This document shows, piece by piece, positions 12,327 through 24,964 of a stretch of 64,000 nucleotides of DNA (position 1 is its first letter; each line of letters starts with the position of its first letter). The notes under the pieces are model-generated. The model was not told the DNA's origin, made no database searches, and saw nothing but the letters and a program-made list of their open reading frames with translations. Origin of the DNA: Squalus acanthias (Eukaryota); assembly GCA_030390025.1 (NCBI GenBank), contig CM059432.1, forward strand, positions 16,122,001 to 16,186,000, read 5' to 3'. A program made the position numbers and the translations under genes.

Positions 12327-13368
12327 AATGTAAGAGCCTAAATGGCTATCATAGTGATTGCAGTGGCAACCAAGATGGTGGCATCTGCTGCTGTGTGTCT
12401 GTGGGCTAATGGCAATGAGTAGCATTTACACTGGACTAAGCTCACGGAGATTGAAAAGCTTCTTCATTACCTGTCCTGTCATGTTAGTGTGTTGGTCAAC
12501 TGATCCATCATGTGATTTTCTATTGGTTATACCGCGTTGCTTATGGCGCAAGCGTTGGCTAAACTATAACTATAAGTACACATCTCTAATATAACTAGCA
12601 CTGTTTTGCAACAGAATTGAAACACCTGGAAAACAGTAAAGAAACAAGTTCAATCAATAATAATCATACAAAAAAACAAACTTTAAAGTGACACATACTA
12701 TCCAAGTGGCAACCAAGATGGTGGCATCTGTTGCTGTGTGTCTATGGGCTAATGGTCATGAGGGAATGCAACTTATGATTCTGACACTGATCCAAAGCAC
12801 AATCTTTCACCACGCTGTTTTTTTGGAAAGTTTCAAAAAGTGTGATTATCACATACAGTCCACTCAAGATAAGCACATTCCACAATCCAGATCCCAGCAC
12901 CAAATTCCAGGGCACTAAACCATTTCCTTTCACTCCCATTGTACAAAATATCTGGTGATCCCAGCACTGCGTGATTTTTTAATTACCTTGGGTTTTTAAT
13001 GCAATGCATAACAGAGTGCAACCATTCCACTGCCAAACTTTGGTCAGGGACACAGGAATGATTGATTAGTCTAATCGCCCCGCTGTAAGTGTTTATTATT
13101 GGTTTTATTTACAGATGCTGAAAGGCTGATTAAGTGAGCTGGTATGTAGTCTTTTGAAATCCTGGGTCCAAAGCAAAACATTTCTGTCAGATTAGCTCTG
13201 CATTTATTGGGGATTCAATCCTACAATCATCCGTACTTCTGATAACAATTTATTTGCACTCAAAAAAAATTCAATTATCCAAAGATTTGAATTAAGCAAC
13301 TTTGAACTTTAAGCAACTGCATGAAAATCAATCCTTTTAAAGTCTCCCAAAGATATCTTTATTGCTAA

Positions 13369-13895
13369 ATCAACATCACTAAAACAGTTTATCTGGCCAT
13401 CATCACATTGCTGTTTGTGGGAGCTCGCTGTGTGCAAATTGGTTGCTGTGTTTCCTACATTACGACAGTGACTACACTTCAGAAGTACTCCATTGGCTGT
13501 GAAGCGCTTTGGGAGGTTATATATAGATTGAGCTTTCATCGTGGGAATCCAATTTATTACTCATAATTCCCACTTCTAAACAAATACTGTGCACGGTGTA
13601 GAAAGTTGTGAAATGTAAATGTTATTTTAAAAAACCTGCAGCTTTAACATACACTAGGATTGCTTCTCATTAAAGCTTTTAATGTTCCTAGGATGTCATT
13701 TAATTAAAAGAGCGAGCTTTTTTTTCCCCCATTTCGGGTGTCCCCTTATGCTGTGGAAACAGGCCCTGTGCCTGTTTTCACCAGCCGTAAAATTTTCGTA
13801 CGTAATTGCTGGGCAGTTGATGGGAAAATAGCCCCACTCTCTGCCAGCACTTGGGTTTTTGGTGAAAGGCGCTATAATGAATACAAATCTCTCTT
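13369..13895 (+). mobile_element. Deu-SINE 3' part interrupted by a captured 345-bp fragment
   Basis: SINE to 13517 (aagcgctttgggaggt), resuming gtgaaaggcgctata at 13862. Confidence 0.75.
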
Positions 13896-14119
13896 TTTAT
13901 GTATCCTGTACCACTACCGTTGAGAATCCAAAAGTGTTTATGAATTTCACATTTTCAAATGAACAATTCTTCATGATGGACAGCCTTTAACTCTTTATCC
14001 CAATTTTCCTCCCCATGCCTCACGAGATGTTAACTCTTGCCGAGTACAGTTCCACAGGTGCCGATCATCTTTCAGTACCTCACCCAAATGGGCACTTACC
14101 AGTACAAATCTAGACAATA

Positions 14120-14863
14120 GGCCAAAAAATTGCAGTAGGGGGCGTACCTCCAGAATACGCCCCCGACCTGCGGAAAGAATACGCACCTACCTGATGGCGG
14201 CCCTCCTTCGTAAACTTGCGCTCTGACGCTGCGAGGTGGAGGGGGGCAGCGTAACGGCCCACGGATCCCAGGGACGCAGCCTGTGCGGAAGCGTACCAGG
14301 GATCACGTGGGCCTGGTCCTCCAATCAGGAAACAGATTGTCTTTCATTTATTCATTCATTTAAATTACTACATTACTTCCTTACTACAGCCTTTAAAGTA
14401 CATACAGATTGAGCTTTCATCGTGGGAATCCAATTCATTACTCACAATTCCCACTTCTAAACAAATACCGTGCACTGTGCAGAAAGTTATCAATTGGAAA
14501 CGTTATTTTTTTTTTAAAAACCTGCAGCTTTAACATACACCAGGATTGCTTCTCATTAAAGTTTTTAATGTTCCTGGATGTCATTTAATTAAAAATAAAA
14601 GCATTTTTTTTCCCCATTTCGGGTATCCCTTTACGCCATAAAAATTTCCATAAGTAATTGCCGGGCAGTTGGTGGGAAAATAGCCCAACTCTGCGCCAGC
14701 ACTTGGGTTTTTGGTGGCGGAGCGGATGGACTGTCAACAACGCGTACGTTGACAGACCGCAAGTTGGGGATTTAGCCCATGTGCAAGCGCCTGCGGATAT
14801 CCCGAACTTGCGGTGGATTTCAAAGGCGGCATACGCCGCCATACCCACCGCAAAATCTGGGCC
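14120..14863. mobile_element. Non-autonomous Harbinger-like element
   Basis: Imperfect TIRs ggccaaaaaattgcagt / accgcaaaatctgggcc; 3-bp TSD ATA; inserted in a family-X copy. Confidence 0.8.
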
Positions 14864-16660
14864 ATAACGTTAGCAGATTACTTGACCCGGCTGGGCTGTC
14901 ACGGCTGAAGTGAACGACTCCTGAACTTACCCGTTGTCTTTGGTAGAGGTCAACAGATAAAGATCAGCAATGGGAACCGTGGCTGTTTATTTTTCCCCCC
15001 TTTCCTGGACCAGGGGACTGAGGTCCGAGAACTGTAGCTCCGGTCACCACCCGGTTGTGATCAGCTGATGAAGCAGAGACTGGTGATCAAGCCTGGGACT
15101 CTCCTGGTCTGTTTGGCTCAGTTCCTCATTGTGGAATGCATTGGCCAATTGAGCCATTGTAGGGAGCAGCCGTTAATTGTTTCAATCCTGACACCCAAGC
15201 GAAAGTTGAAGAAAACCCTTTTCAACTTCAAGGATATATTTCACATTTTGTTCCTTGAAATGCTCACCATTTTTTCTGCAGATATTCTAAAAGGTGGCGA
15301 TAAGCAGGCCTTTCAAACAAAACAAAAAAAATCTGTTGATACACTCAAAGGAGCAGTGGCCACAGACAGACATGTGCGCACTCCATTAGGAACCGTGTCA
15401 CTTTGAAATGAAAGAAAGCAGAACCTCAGGGAGATGCCGGAGGATTATAGCTGTTAGAATGGAAATGAGCTCTCAGCACAGGTTGCCCGGGGTCCTCTGG
15501 GGAAATAAGGAAGGACCATTATAGTCTCACTTGACTGATTGACCCATGACTTCATTCTGCTTAAATGATTCCCATTTTTTTAAAAAAAGAGGTAGATGAC
15601 AGCCCCTTCCTCTTTTACTGACCCACTATGGCACATATGTTTCAAGGCCGTCTGAGCCCCTTTTCTCCAGTGAGTAGCCTATAAAAATATCTGGAGTTTT
15701 GATGTCTTCACTGTGAATGATTAACAGAAGTTCACTTGTGTAGTAGTTAGTAAAGCTGCAGACCTCAGCTGAAGAACCTGCAATCAGGTTAACTTTAAGT
15801 CACTGGTTCAATTGTGACTTATACCTATCTACAGCCACGTAGTACAGTGTGTGAATAAAGGCTTGGTTGAAGCATCCAAGAAACAGAGATGGGCAAATCT
15901 GGAGTCAGCAAGTAGAGAGACGTGTGCTTGGCACAAAGTTGTGGGAGGAGTGCAGGAGATGAAAGTAGCTCCTGAAAGAGGGGCGAAATACTGAAGTGAG
16001 CTGGATTAATGACCCTTACTAACTCCTACATTACTATATTCCTATTATCATTTGTTTAATATTCTGAAGTCCATTTGAAGCAATTCACAAACAGGAAATG
16101 GCAACATTCTGTACAGCAGAAACACAATTCAAGCATCACAGAACAGGACCTCATGCAGAAACAGACGGATCTCACAAGACCTACCTCCCCCTTCGTATTT
16201 CCCCTACAAAAACATCCAAATAGGATGTCATTCACAAAACAAATCCTGTATGACTTCGGATAAATACTGGAGTGTAGGACAACAGTATAAATCCTGTTTT
16301 TGGTTAAAAAAAAAGCTATTTCTTACAGTATTCTATGGATGATGCTCTATGATCGATTTTAGCTTTTATTCTAAAGATACGGCGGAACTCAGAAAAACTG
16401 ACAAACACCTTCAAACAAACTGGCAACTTTATAAACAACGCAGAGCTTGAAAACAGCCGAGAATAAAATCCTTGCGTCCAAGGCTACTGCTTCAAGGGAA
16501 CTGAATTCAGTTGAATTCTTATTTTAGGGGTTTTTTTTATTAGCGTTTTGGAATCACCTTTAGTTTGTTTTTATGTGAAAGCTTGAGATCCAATGACCTC
16601 AAACATGAGCATAGCAAAGAGGATATGAACGTATCCTGACCTCAGTTACAACTAGATTAA

Positions 16661-17091
16661 GGGCAACACGGTGGCATAGTGGTTAGCACTGGTGCCTCAC
16701 AGCGCCAGGGACCCGGGTTCGAATCTGACCTCGGGTGACTGTCTGTGTGGAGTTTGCACATTCTCCCCGTGTCTGCGTGGGTTTTCTCCGGGTGCTCCGG
16801 TTTCCTCCCACAGTCCAAAAATGTGCGGGTTAGGTTGATTTGGCTATGATAAATTGACCCTTAGTGTTAGGGGGGGATTAAATATGTGGGGTTATGGGGA
16901 TAGGATGGGATATGTTAGGGGGAATTAAATACGTGGGGTTACGGGGGTAGGGTGGGATATGTGTACTGTGGGGATTAAAGCAGGGACAGGGTACTGGACT
17001 TGGATGATCAGCCATGATCGTATTGAATGGTGGAGCAGGCTCGACGGGCCGAATGGCCTACTCCTGCTCCTAGATTCTATGTTTCTATGTT
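16661..17091 (+). mobile_element. HE1 V-SINE with internal duplication and CR1-derived tail
   Basis: tRNA-like head ggtggcatagtggttagcact...ggttcgaatc; V-domain gtctgtgtggagtttgcacattctccccgtgtctgcgtggg. Confidence 0.9.
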
Positions 17092-17367
17092 TATACCGAT
17101 ATTCCAGTGGGTGTATGGTTGGGGGGGGGGGGGGGAAAAATGAAACTATGCAACAGTGAAATTTATGCAGTGGTGGATTTAGACATTTTTGAAGGGGGAA
17201 AGAGACCTTGGAGAAGCAAGAGTGCCACCTAGCATTAGGAGGATTAAAATGGTACATATAAATAGTAGATATAAATAGCTAACAGTTAAAAGTAATAACA
17301 TGGTGTGGCAAAATCATGATAGGGAAAGTAAATATGACAAACAGGAAGTGTGCACTATACACAAGAC

Positions 17368-17500
17368 TATATATATATATATATGTGCATATGTGTGTGT
17401 GTGTATGCGTATAATATATACTGTATGTGTGCGTATATAATGTGTGCGCACGCATGCATATATGCGTGTGCATATATACGGCGTGTGCATGTGTACATGT
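17368..17500. repeat. Mixed (AT)n/(GT)n purine-pyrimidine microsatellite
   Basis: tatatatatat...gtgtgtgtgtatgcgtata directly visible. Confidence 0.9.
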
Positions 17501-18968
17501 TGATCTGGTCATTTTAGCCTCGGGTCTGGAGCACGGTTATAACGTGTAGTTACCGGGTCTGTCCTTTAAAGGTCACTGCTCAGGTACTTCCTGTGTCGAA
17601 GAATTCTAAATAGGTCCTGAGGTTAATTATTATCAAGAGGGAATTTCACTAGATTGTCAACTACTCAGGCCCTCTTGTTATCTCAAAAAGCTCTCTGTTA
17701 TTTCAGATCAACAAAAGAGCAGGAAATAAAAATGATCCCTTTCTCTATTTATATAGACTTTTTTTGAAGACGAAGAATGCTCAGTTGCAATTTAGTGGTG
17801 TTCCACATAAAGCAAGACCTCTGGAGTGTGACAGATGCTCTTAAAACTTAAATATATAGATCTATATCCAGATATAAATATTTTTAAAAAACTATTGAAA
17901 AAAATCTTCGTACTCACAGTGGCAAGGAGTTAGCATTGTGAACTATAATGCTTTTCTATTTCAGGGACATGTACGTTAGGATTAAGGAGATAGAGAAAAA
18001 CTCCAAAATTGCAAGGCAGTACAGAATCTAGCTGGACAGCAGCAAAGATCAGAGAATTGGGCACAGAGGTTACTGCTGATTTTCTGGCCTTTGCTATCAA
18101 TGCCTGGAAAACCAGGAGTACTGCAAATCTAGGCTGTGGATCTACATGCCCAATATTCCCCAAAATCCTGATCGCTGATGACAAATACAGGAAAGCAGTA
18201 ACCACACACAAAATTATATGAAGAAATTAGGTTTTGTCGCCCATAGATTGCACATATACACGGATTAAAGCAAAATCAAAATTATTAATGCCAATATATA
18301 CACAAATAGATCAATATAAACATATTTGCAATTTCCTATCCCACATCATAGCTATGAGCGATTCGGTCACCTGGAGATGGCCTGACAAGCCCCCTTGGAG
18401 ATGTTTGCCGATACCCCTGCAGATTGCGGCCCAATTATTGCATTTTCTTCCCAGTGGGCAATTCCTTTAATCAAAGCTAAATGATCTGGCCAGCTTCATA
18501 ATGGATGGAGGGACTGGCCAAACAACCAACCCAGTGTGATCAAAGGGCCAGGGCCAGATGGTTCCAATCAGCTACGCATGCTGAACCCACCAGGGCAGTC
18601 AGCATGAACGAAGGAAACTTGAGAAGCCAACTCTGATTTCAACCATAACAACAAACACAGTCACATACCAGATGCTCCAGGCTTGCCTTAACTACACAGG
18701 GGAGGCATGCAGCACACCAGCTATCTACACTAACATTTAGATAATATCTGCAGCACTGACCCACCCAGTTCGATCTAAATTGCCTGCTTCACGCTCCAGA
18801 ATCAATACATGTATCTGTAAGCAGGCATTTTAGTGGCAAATCACCAAGAATGTGGCTCAACCAGGTCTCTTCTAATGAGGTGATCTACCGAGACCATCTG
18901 TATAGCAACTTACCACCTCAATGTCTTTCAATGTGCTTCACACACGGAATTACTGAAGTTCAGTAATT

Positions 18969-19682
18969 AGGGGTACAGATTCACAAATCATTACAAATAG
19001 CAAGGTTGGTTAACAAAGCCATAAAAAAATGCAAACAAAGCACTGGGGTTCATTTCTATACAGGAACAGAATTCAAAAGCAGAGAGGTTATGTTAAAACG
19101 TATATCGAACCTTGGTTAGACCACACTTCGGAGTACTTGTGCGCAGTTCTGGTCATACTACAAAATGATAGAGGCACTGGAGAAGGGGCAAAAAAAGATT
19201 CACAAGGATGATACCATAACGGAGAGGTTATAACCATCAGGAAAGACTGAACAGGCTGGGGCTCTTTTCTCTAGAAAAGAGGAGAGAAGGTTGAGGGGTG
19301 ACCTGATAGAGGTCTTTAAAATAATGAAGGGGTTTGATAGGGTAGACATAGAGAAGATGTTTCCGCTTGTGGGGAGACCAAAACTAGCAGCCATAAATAT
19401 AAGATAGTCGCTAATGAATCCAAGAAGGAATTCAGGAGAAATGTCTTTACTCAGAGAGTGGTGAGAATGTGGAACTCACTACCACAGGGGGTGGTTGAGG
19501 CGAGTAGCATAGAAGCATTTAAGGGGAAGCTAGATAAACACATGAGGGAGAAAGGAATAGAAGGTTATGTTGACAGGATGAAGTAAGATGGGAGGACTCT
19601 AGTGTGGAGCATAAACATCGGCAAAGGCCTGTTGGGCCGAATGACCTGTTTCTGTGCTGTAAATACTATGCAATTCTATGTA
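18969..19682 (+). mobile_element. Older CR1 LINE 3' fragment
   Basis: Frameshifted CR1 ORF2 end; tttactcagagagtggtgagaatgtggaactcactacc; gggccgaatgacctgtttctgtgctgt tail. Confidence 0.88.
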
Positions 19683-19717
19683 ATAGTTATGTTGGCAAAT
19701 CCAATTGGTGAGGACTA

Positions 19718-19872
19718 AGGGATGAATTTTCACTTTTACTGCTGGGTGGAAACGGGTTGTAGCGGGTCGGCCGCCATTTTACATCCCGCCCGATTTCCAT
19801 CAATAGAACGAAAATCAGGCGGGGTGTAAGATGCAAGCTCGATCCGCTACCGCCCGCTTTACTCCTAAGTAG
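19718..19872. mobile_element. Small fold-back MITE-like element
   Basis: gtagcgggtcg...ttacatcccgcccgatttc / aaaatcaggcggggtgtaa...cgatccgctac inverted arms; begins gggatgaatttt. Confidence 0.6.
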
Positions 19873-20470
19873 CTTCAGCCAGAACTGATCTCATCAGGAA
19901 TTGGATTTCCCCTTGTTTTCAAGTGATCTTAGAGCCGATACAAAAAAAAGAGAAGAATTCCTGCAAGTGGAGAAACCTACAAAAACAGAGCATAGTAACG
20001 TTTTCCCATATTATCCTCCTCTCCTGAAAGGGGTTATCATGTGGGTATAGTCCCACAGGCTTCTGTAGTCCCCTGGTACCTCACCCAGGTGAGCATTCTG
20101 CATGTGTAAGCTTAAATAGCGAGTATTGTGAAGCTATTTGAAAATGGAGAGAAGGGCTTACAACCAAGCATGATACTATCCATGCCCACATAAACTTCCA
20201 ATAGGAGGGAGAGGGTCACTGGACAGCGATCAATTTCTCCCCAGCACTGGGATGCAGAGGTCAATTGCAGTGCCCCACTGCAGTTTCAAGTGAAATAGAT
20301 GATTCAGCATAGACCACGGATTGAATCAGGGACCTTCCTGATCTGGATGGCTTAGTACAGCACCAGCTGCTGCATTTACGCACTAAGTGCACAGTAGCCA
20401 CCTACAACCTATAACAAAACCAGCCAGATACAGTTAGCAGTTTGGCATCTCAGTCTAGATTCCTTGCCTT

Positions 20471-20702
20471 CATTTCTGCCAGAAAGGGTGGTGGAGGCAG
20501 ACTCAATCGCGGCTTTCAAAAAAGGAATTGGATAAGTACCTGAAGGAAAACAATTTGCAGGGCTACGGGGAAAGGGCGGGGGGCCGGGGGGGGGGGGGTG
20601 GGAGTGGGACTAGCTGAAGTGCTCTTGCAGACAGCCGGCACGGGCGTGACGGGCCAAATGGCCTCCTGCTGTGCTGTAACCATTCTATGATTCTACTCTA
20701 TG
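20471..20702 (+). mobile_element. CR1 LINE 3' tip
   Basis: Close match to 40200-40413; accattctatgattct tail. Confidence 0.85.
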
Positions 20703-20928
20703 ATCATCACAGTCAGAGTATTGGAACTGACTTTTTTTTTGTTCCGCTCAGTGGAGGATAAGATCATTGTTTACAGGAATTTGGTGCCATCAAAATGCCA
20801 TCATTACGCAGGGAGGACGCCTACATTTACAAGTAATTTTCCATTGCTCTGTAGTGGAGTAGCTGCCGTAAAGAGTCAAATTTAGGCATGTACCTCATCC
20901 AGATAGTTCAAAGCTGTGGAAAGGTAGT

Positions 20929-21908
20929 GGCCGAGAAAAATCGAGTGCACCACACGACATATTGGCTAGGGCGCCTTGTATTGGCAGGACTGTCGTATGA
21001 GGAGAGATTGGGTCGACTAGGCCTGTATTCACTAGAGTTTAGAAGAATGAGAGGGGATCTCATTGAAATGTATAAAATTCTGACAGGGCTAGACAGACTG
21101 GATGCAGGGAGGATGTTTCCCCTGGCTGAGGGGTCTAGAACGAGGGGTCACAGTCTCAGGATACGGGGTAGGACATTTAGGACTGAGATGAGGAGAAATT
21201 TCTTCACTCAGATGGTGGTGAACCTGTGAAATTCTCTACCACAGAAGGCTGTGGAGGCCAAGTCACTGAATATATTTAAGAAGGAGATAGATAGATTTCT
21301 AGACACAAAAGGCATCAAGGGGTATGGGGAGAGAGCGGGAATATGGTATTGAGATAGAGGATCAGCCATGATCATATTGAATGGCGGAGCAGGCTCGAAG
21401 GGCCGAATGGCCTACTCCTGCTCCTATTTTTCTGTTTCTAGGCGCTAGGCCCATTGCCTAGGCAAAGCGAGGGCCTACCACCTGTTCCAGGTCACTTTGT
21501 GAAACGGGCAGGCGACTGACTGCAGCTTGCGCCGTGCACATTCCAGTCAGTTTTCTCAGGCACACAGCAGCCAAACCATCTCTCCTTAGAGGGACTGCTG
21601 GAGGCTGCCACTCAAGAGCGAAGGTAAAGGTTTTATGTGGAGCCAGGAAGAGCAGGAGTGCTGCTCCTGGCTCCACATGCAGGCCAACGCTCACACCCCC
21701 CACCCGCCTCCCCGCTTATTTCCCCCCCCCCCCCCGCACACAGCGAGCTGCCTCCGGGGTCGTGACTGGTGCCCACAGCTTGCAGGCTAAAGAACCAGAT
21801 GAGCCTGGCACCTCAATTTGCCATGGTAGTGCCACTGGACTCTAGGCACGTGCAGTGTAGGCAACACTAGGCTCACGCCCACTTCAAGTGTGGTCCTATT
21901 TCTGGGGC
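20929..21908. mobile_element. Harbinger-like MITE hosting a CR1 insert
   Basis: Degenerate TIRs ggccgagaaaa / ttttctggggc; gtggagccagg..gagcaggagtgct motif shared with 42196-42677. Confidence 0.5.
20983..21440 (+). mobile_element. Young CR1 LINE 3' fragment
   Basis: AGLSYEERLGRLGLYSLEFRRMRGDLIE; possible TSD ctagggcgc/ctaggcgc. Confidence 0.92.
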
Positions 21909-22194
21909 AGCGTTTCTTTAAAACTATCGTGAAAGACCTGTCCTAATGGCTTAGTTGGATTATACACTGTCCAGTGTGAAACCATGAGCCACACAGACTA
22001 GAAAGCTCGCAGTTTTGATGCTTGGTCTGTTTTGAGTTAACTGATCTCAGATGGGGTGGCAAGAAGTGCGCCATAGTATACAAGGCTACGGACCAAGTGC
22101 TGGAAAATGGGATTAGAATAGATAGGGCTTGATGGTCGGCGCAGACACGATGGGCCAAAGGGCCTCTTTCTGTGCTGTACAACTATGACTCTAT

Positions 22195-22928
22195 GGGGGA
22201 AAAATTTAGTTGGTTTGCGCCTCCCGTTAGCGCCTTAAGAGGGCGCTAATGGGGTGCAAAGCAACTAGTGCCCGGGTGCGGCGCCGCCCACGAAATTCAG
22301 CGGGAGGTTAGCGGCGGCGCTAACCGGTAGCGCCCTGTGGCGCTGCACCGCCGATGACGTCATCGGCGTGCGTAACGCCCCGCTCCGGCCGCGATCTTCG
22401 GTAGCGCCCTTTGACGTACTGCCGGACGCTATGTTCGATGGGGTCAGGGGGGCCTACCTGCAGCCGGGGCAGCGCTAGTTAAAGGGGAGGTGGCGGGCGG
22501 CCATTTTTGTTGCTGGCCGCCTGCCAGCACCTGCCCCGTTGCTGTCCCAAGCCCCCGTGAAGCCCCCCCCCCCCCCCGCCCTGCGAAGTGCCAGCTGCGC
22601 TCCAAGAGCCCGGCACTTCTCTCGAATGCCGGGCTCTTTTGCCGGCACTCCCGATCCCCGGGAGCCCAGCTGGGCCCCGGTTCGCGCTGCGCAAGGCCCC
22701 TCCCCTTTAAGAAGGGGAGGAAGGCCTGCAATACCGCGGTGTGACGTGCCGCAGTGCCTGGCGCTGCAGCGCATAGCGCCACGATATTGACTTGCAGCGC
22801 CCCAAGAGGGATGCGGGGTGCTTCCAGTAGCGCCCTGCTTCCCTCTTGGGATGCAACCACTCAATTTCCGGCACGAGCGCCCCGGCGAAGTTAGCGCCCC
22901 AAAGGGGGCGCGACTCAATTTTTCCCCC
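22195..22928. mobile_element. Young CpG-rich Harbinger-like MITE inserted in a CR1 tail (22060-22194)
   Basis: TIRs gggggaaaaatttagt / actcaatttttccccc; repeated subterminal tagcgcc motifs; second copy 51611-52249. Confidence 0.85.
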
Positions 22929-23044
22929 ATGACTAAGTTGAACACAACGCCCTTAGATTGTACCCTCTATGCCCCACTCCAGGAGCTGAGCAAACCGTCT
23001 AGGTTAATACTTCAATGCAGTACTTCAATAAAGTTGTCAACCTT

Positions 23045-23492
23045 GACTCAGTGGTAGCACTCTTGCCTCAATCAGAATGTTGTGGGCTCAACCGCACTCC
23101 AGAGACATACTCCAAACTGATACTTCATAGCAGTACTGAGGGAATGCTGCCCGGTCAGAGGTGCTGTCTTTTGGATGGGATGTTAAATCGAGACCCTGCC
23201 TGGCCTCGAAGGTGGGTGTAAAAGATTCCATGGCACTATTCAAAGAAGCTGAGAGGATTTCTCCTGGTGTCCCGGCCAATATTGATCCCTCAACCAGCAT
23301 CACTAAAACAGATTATATAGCCATTTATCTATTAGCTATTTGTGGGACCTAGCTGTGTGCAAATTGGCTGCCACGTTTCACTCCATTACAACAGTAACTA
23401 CGCTTCAAAAGTACTTAGTTGGCAGTGAACCACTTTGGAACACCCGGAGGCATTGAAAGGCGCGAAATAAATGCAAATTCTTTCTTTCTTCA
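23045..23492 (+). mobile_element. Deu-SINE, diverged full-length copy
   Basis: Colinear with 2482-2945. Confidence 0.85.
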
Positions 23493-24964
23493 CTGAGGCA
23501 AGATGTAAAACTGAGGTTCTCGATCCCTGTTCTAGTGTTTTAGATGGGCGTTAACAATCCGATGCCAATAAGAAAAGAGCAGAATTCTCCTAATGTTCGG
23601 GCCGACATTTTTCCCCTCAACCAACACCACCATTAATTCATCTCATTGCTGTTTGTGGGACCTTGCTGTGTACAAAATGGCTGCTGAGTAACAGGAGTGA
23701 CTCTACTTCATAGCGATTCAAGTGTATTCGAAGCAAATTGTGATTGTAGAATCATAGAATGGTTACAGCACAGATGGAGCCCATTCGGCCCGTCGAGCCC
23801 ATGCAGGCTATCTGCAAGAGCACTTCAGCTAGTCCCACTCCCCCACGAAGTCCTTATATAAATAAAAGTTCTCTTTTTATTTAAAGGCGGGCATTAAAAA
23901 CAGCCAGGATTCCCAAACCTTATTGCTATCCAGTGACCACATATAACATCAGGTGAGGATCAAGCAGTGATGCCTCCATGGTGTTAAATAGCATGGCAAC
24001 ACTCACTGTCTAGGCTCACCCTTAAAGAATTGGCACTTGGGCAAGGTGTGGAACCATAGTCTGCCATGAGTCAGTGGCTTCAGGAAAGAGAAGAGCAATA
24101 TAATTTGGAATAACGTACTACAAATGGCAGCAATAATTTTGTGCTACTTCCCATTATATTTGGACCAGGCTTATTTGCCATGCCTTGCACTGTAGGTAAA
24201 TGTTGCATTGAGTGATATCAGTAGGGTATTGTATCACATGTACTCATCCCCTGTCCCCACTCCTCACCCCTTGATCCCCGTCCAACCCAGTAGCCCCATA
24301 TCGACTAGCATGTCCAACAAAGGCCCCTTGGAGCAATAAAGGTTAATGGGTTAGTACTGCTGCAGAAAGAAAACCCATTCAATGGAAAAATTCTGTAAGC
24401 AGCTGGTTTCACTTCTGAAAACTCAAGTTGTGTCACACAGAAGCTACGCATGCTTTTAAACAGCAGTGGTGTCCTCAGCACACAATCCAGTTACTCTGGT
24501 AATTAGAGCAAGGGTGTTTCCCTAGTTCCCTTTTGCCCATCATCATCAGTGCCGGACAAGATCCAACACTTCCAAAACCCCCAAGGACAGTTGTTAACTG
24601 ATCAATCATCTTGTTGGATATAAGGATTTTAGAACCCCTGAGGTGCTTCTCCTAATCATCTTGGACTCATTTGGTTTTCATATCCGAGGTAGAAATTCTG
24701 ATATATAGACCCATTGTGAGCCGGAATAGTGCACAGTAGGACATCCAGCTGACTGGTTACGTATGGCTGTTGCCTCCTGAACTAGCAGGTCTGTGGTTAC
24801 TAACACATTGATGGGTGGTCCCACCTGCTCAGTAGGCTGCCTGTGGGTGTTCACCTGTGGATGATCGGAACACTGGAATTCTATTGCTATTCAAAGGGGG
24901 TGTAGTGCAGGCTGTGTTCAAAGGAATTTGGAAGCACACCGAATACATCTTCCAGGTTTAAAAG

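Noticed and set aside
18330..18960. Unique-looking mid-GC segments (also 24270-24950) as possible exons
   Set aside because: No sustained ORF, splice pair or protein motif recognised; may be decayed unknown repeats
22444..23057. Cluster of overlapping GC-rich ORFs (also 51576-52215)
   Set aside because: Stop-poor MITE interior; frames are not preserved between the two copies
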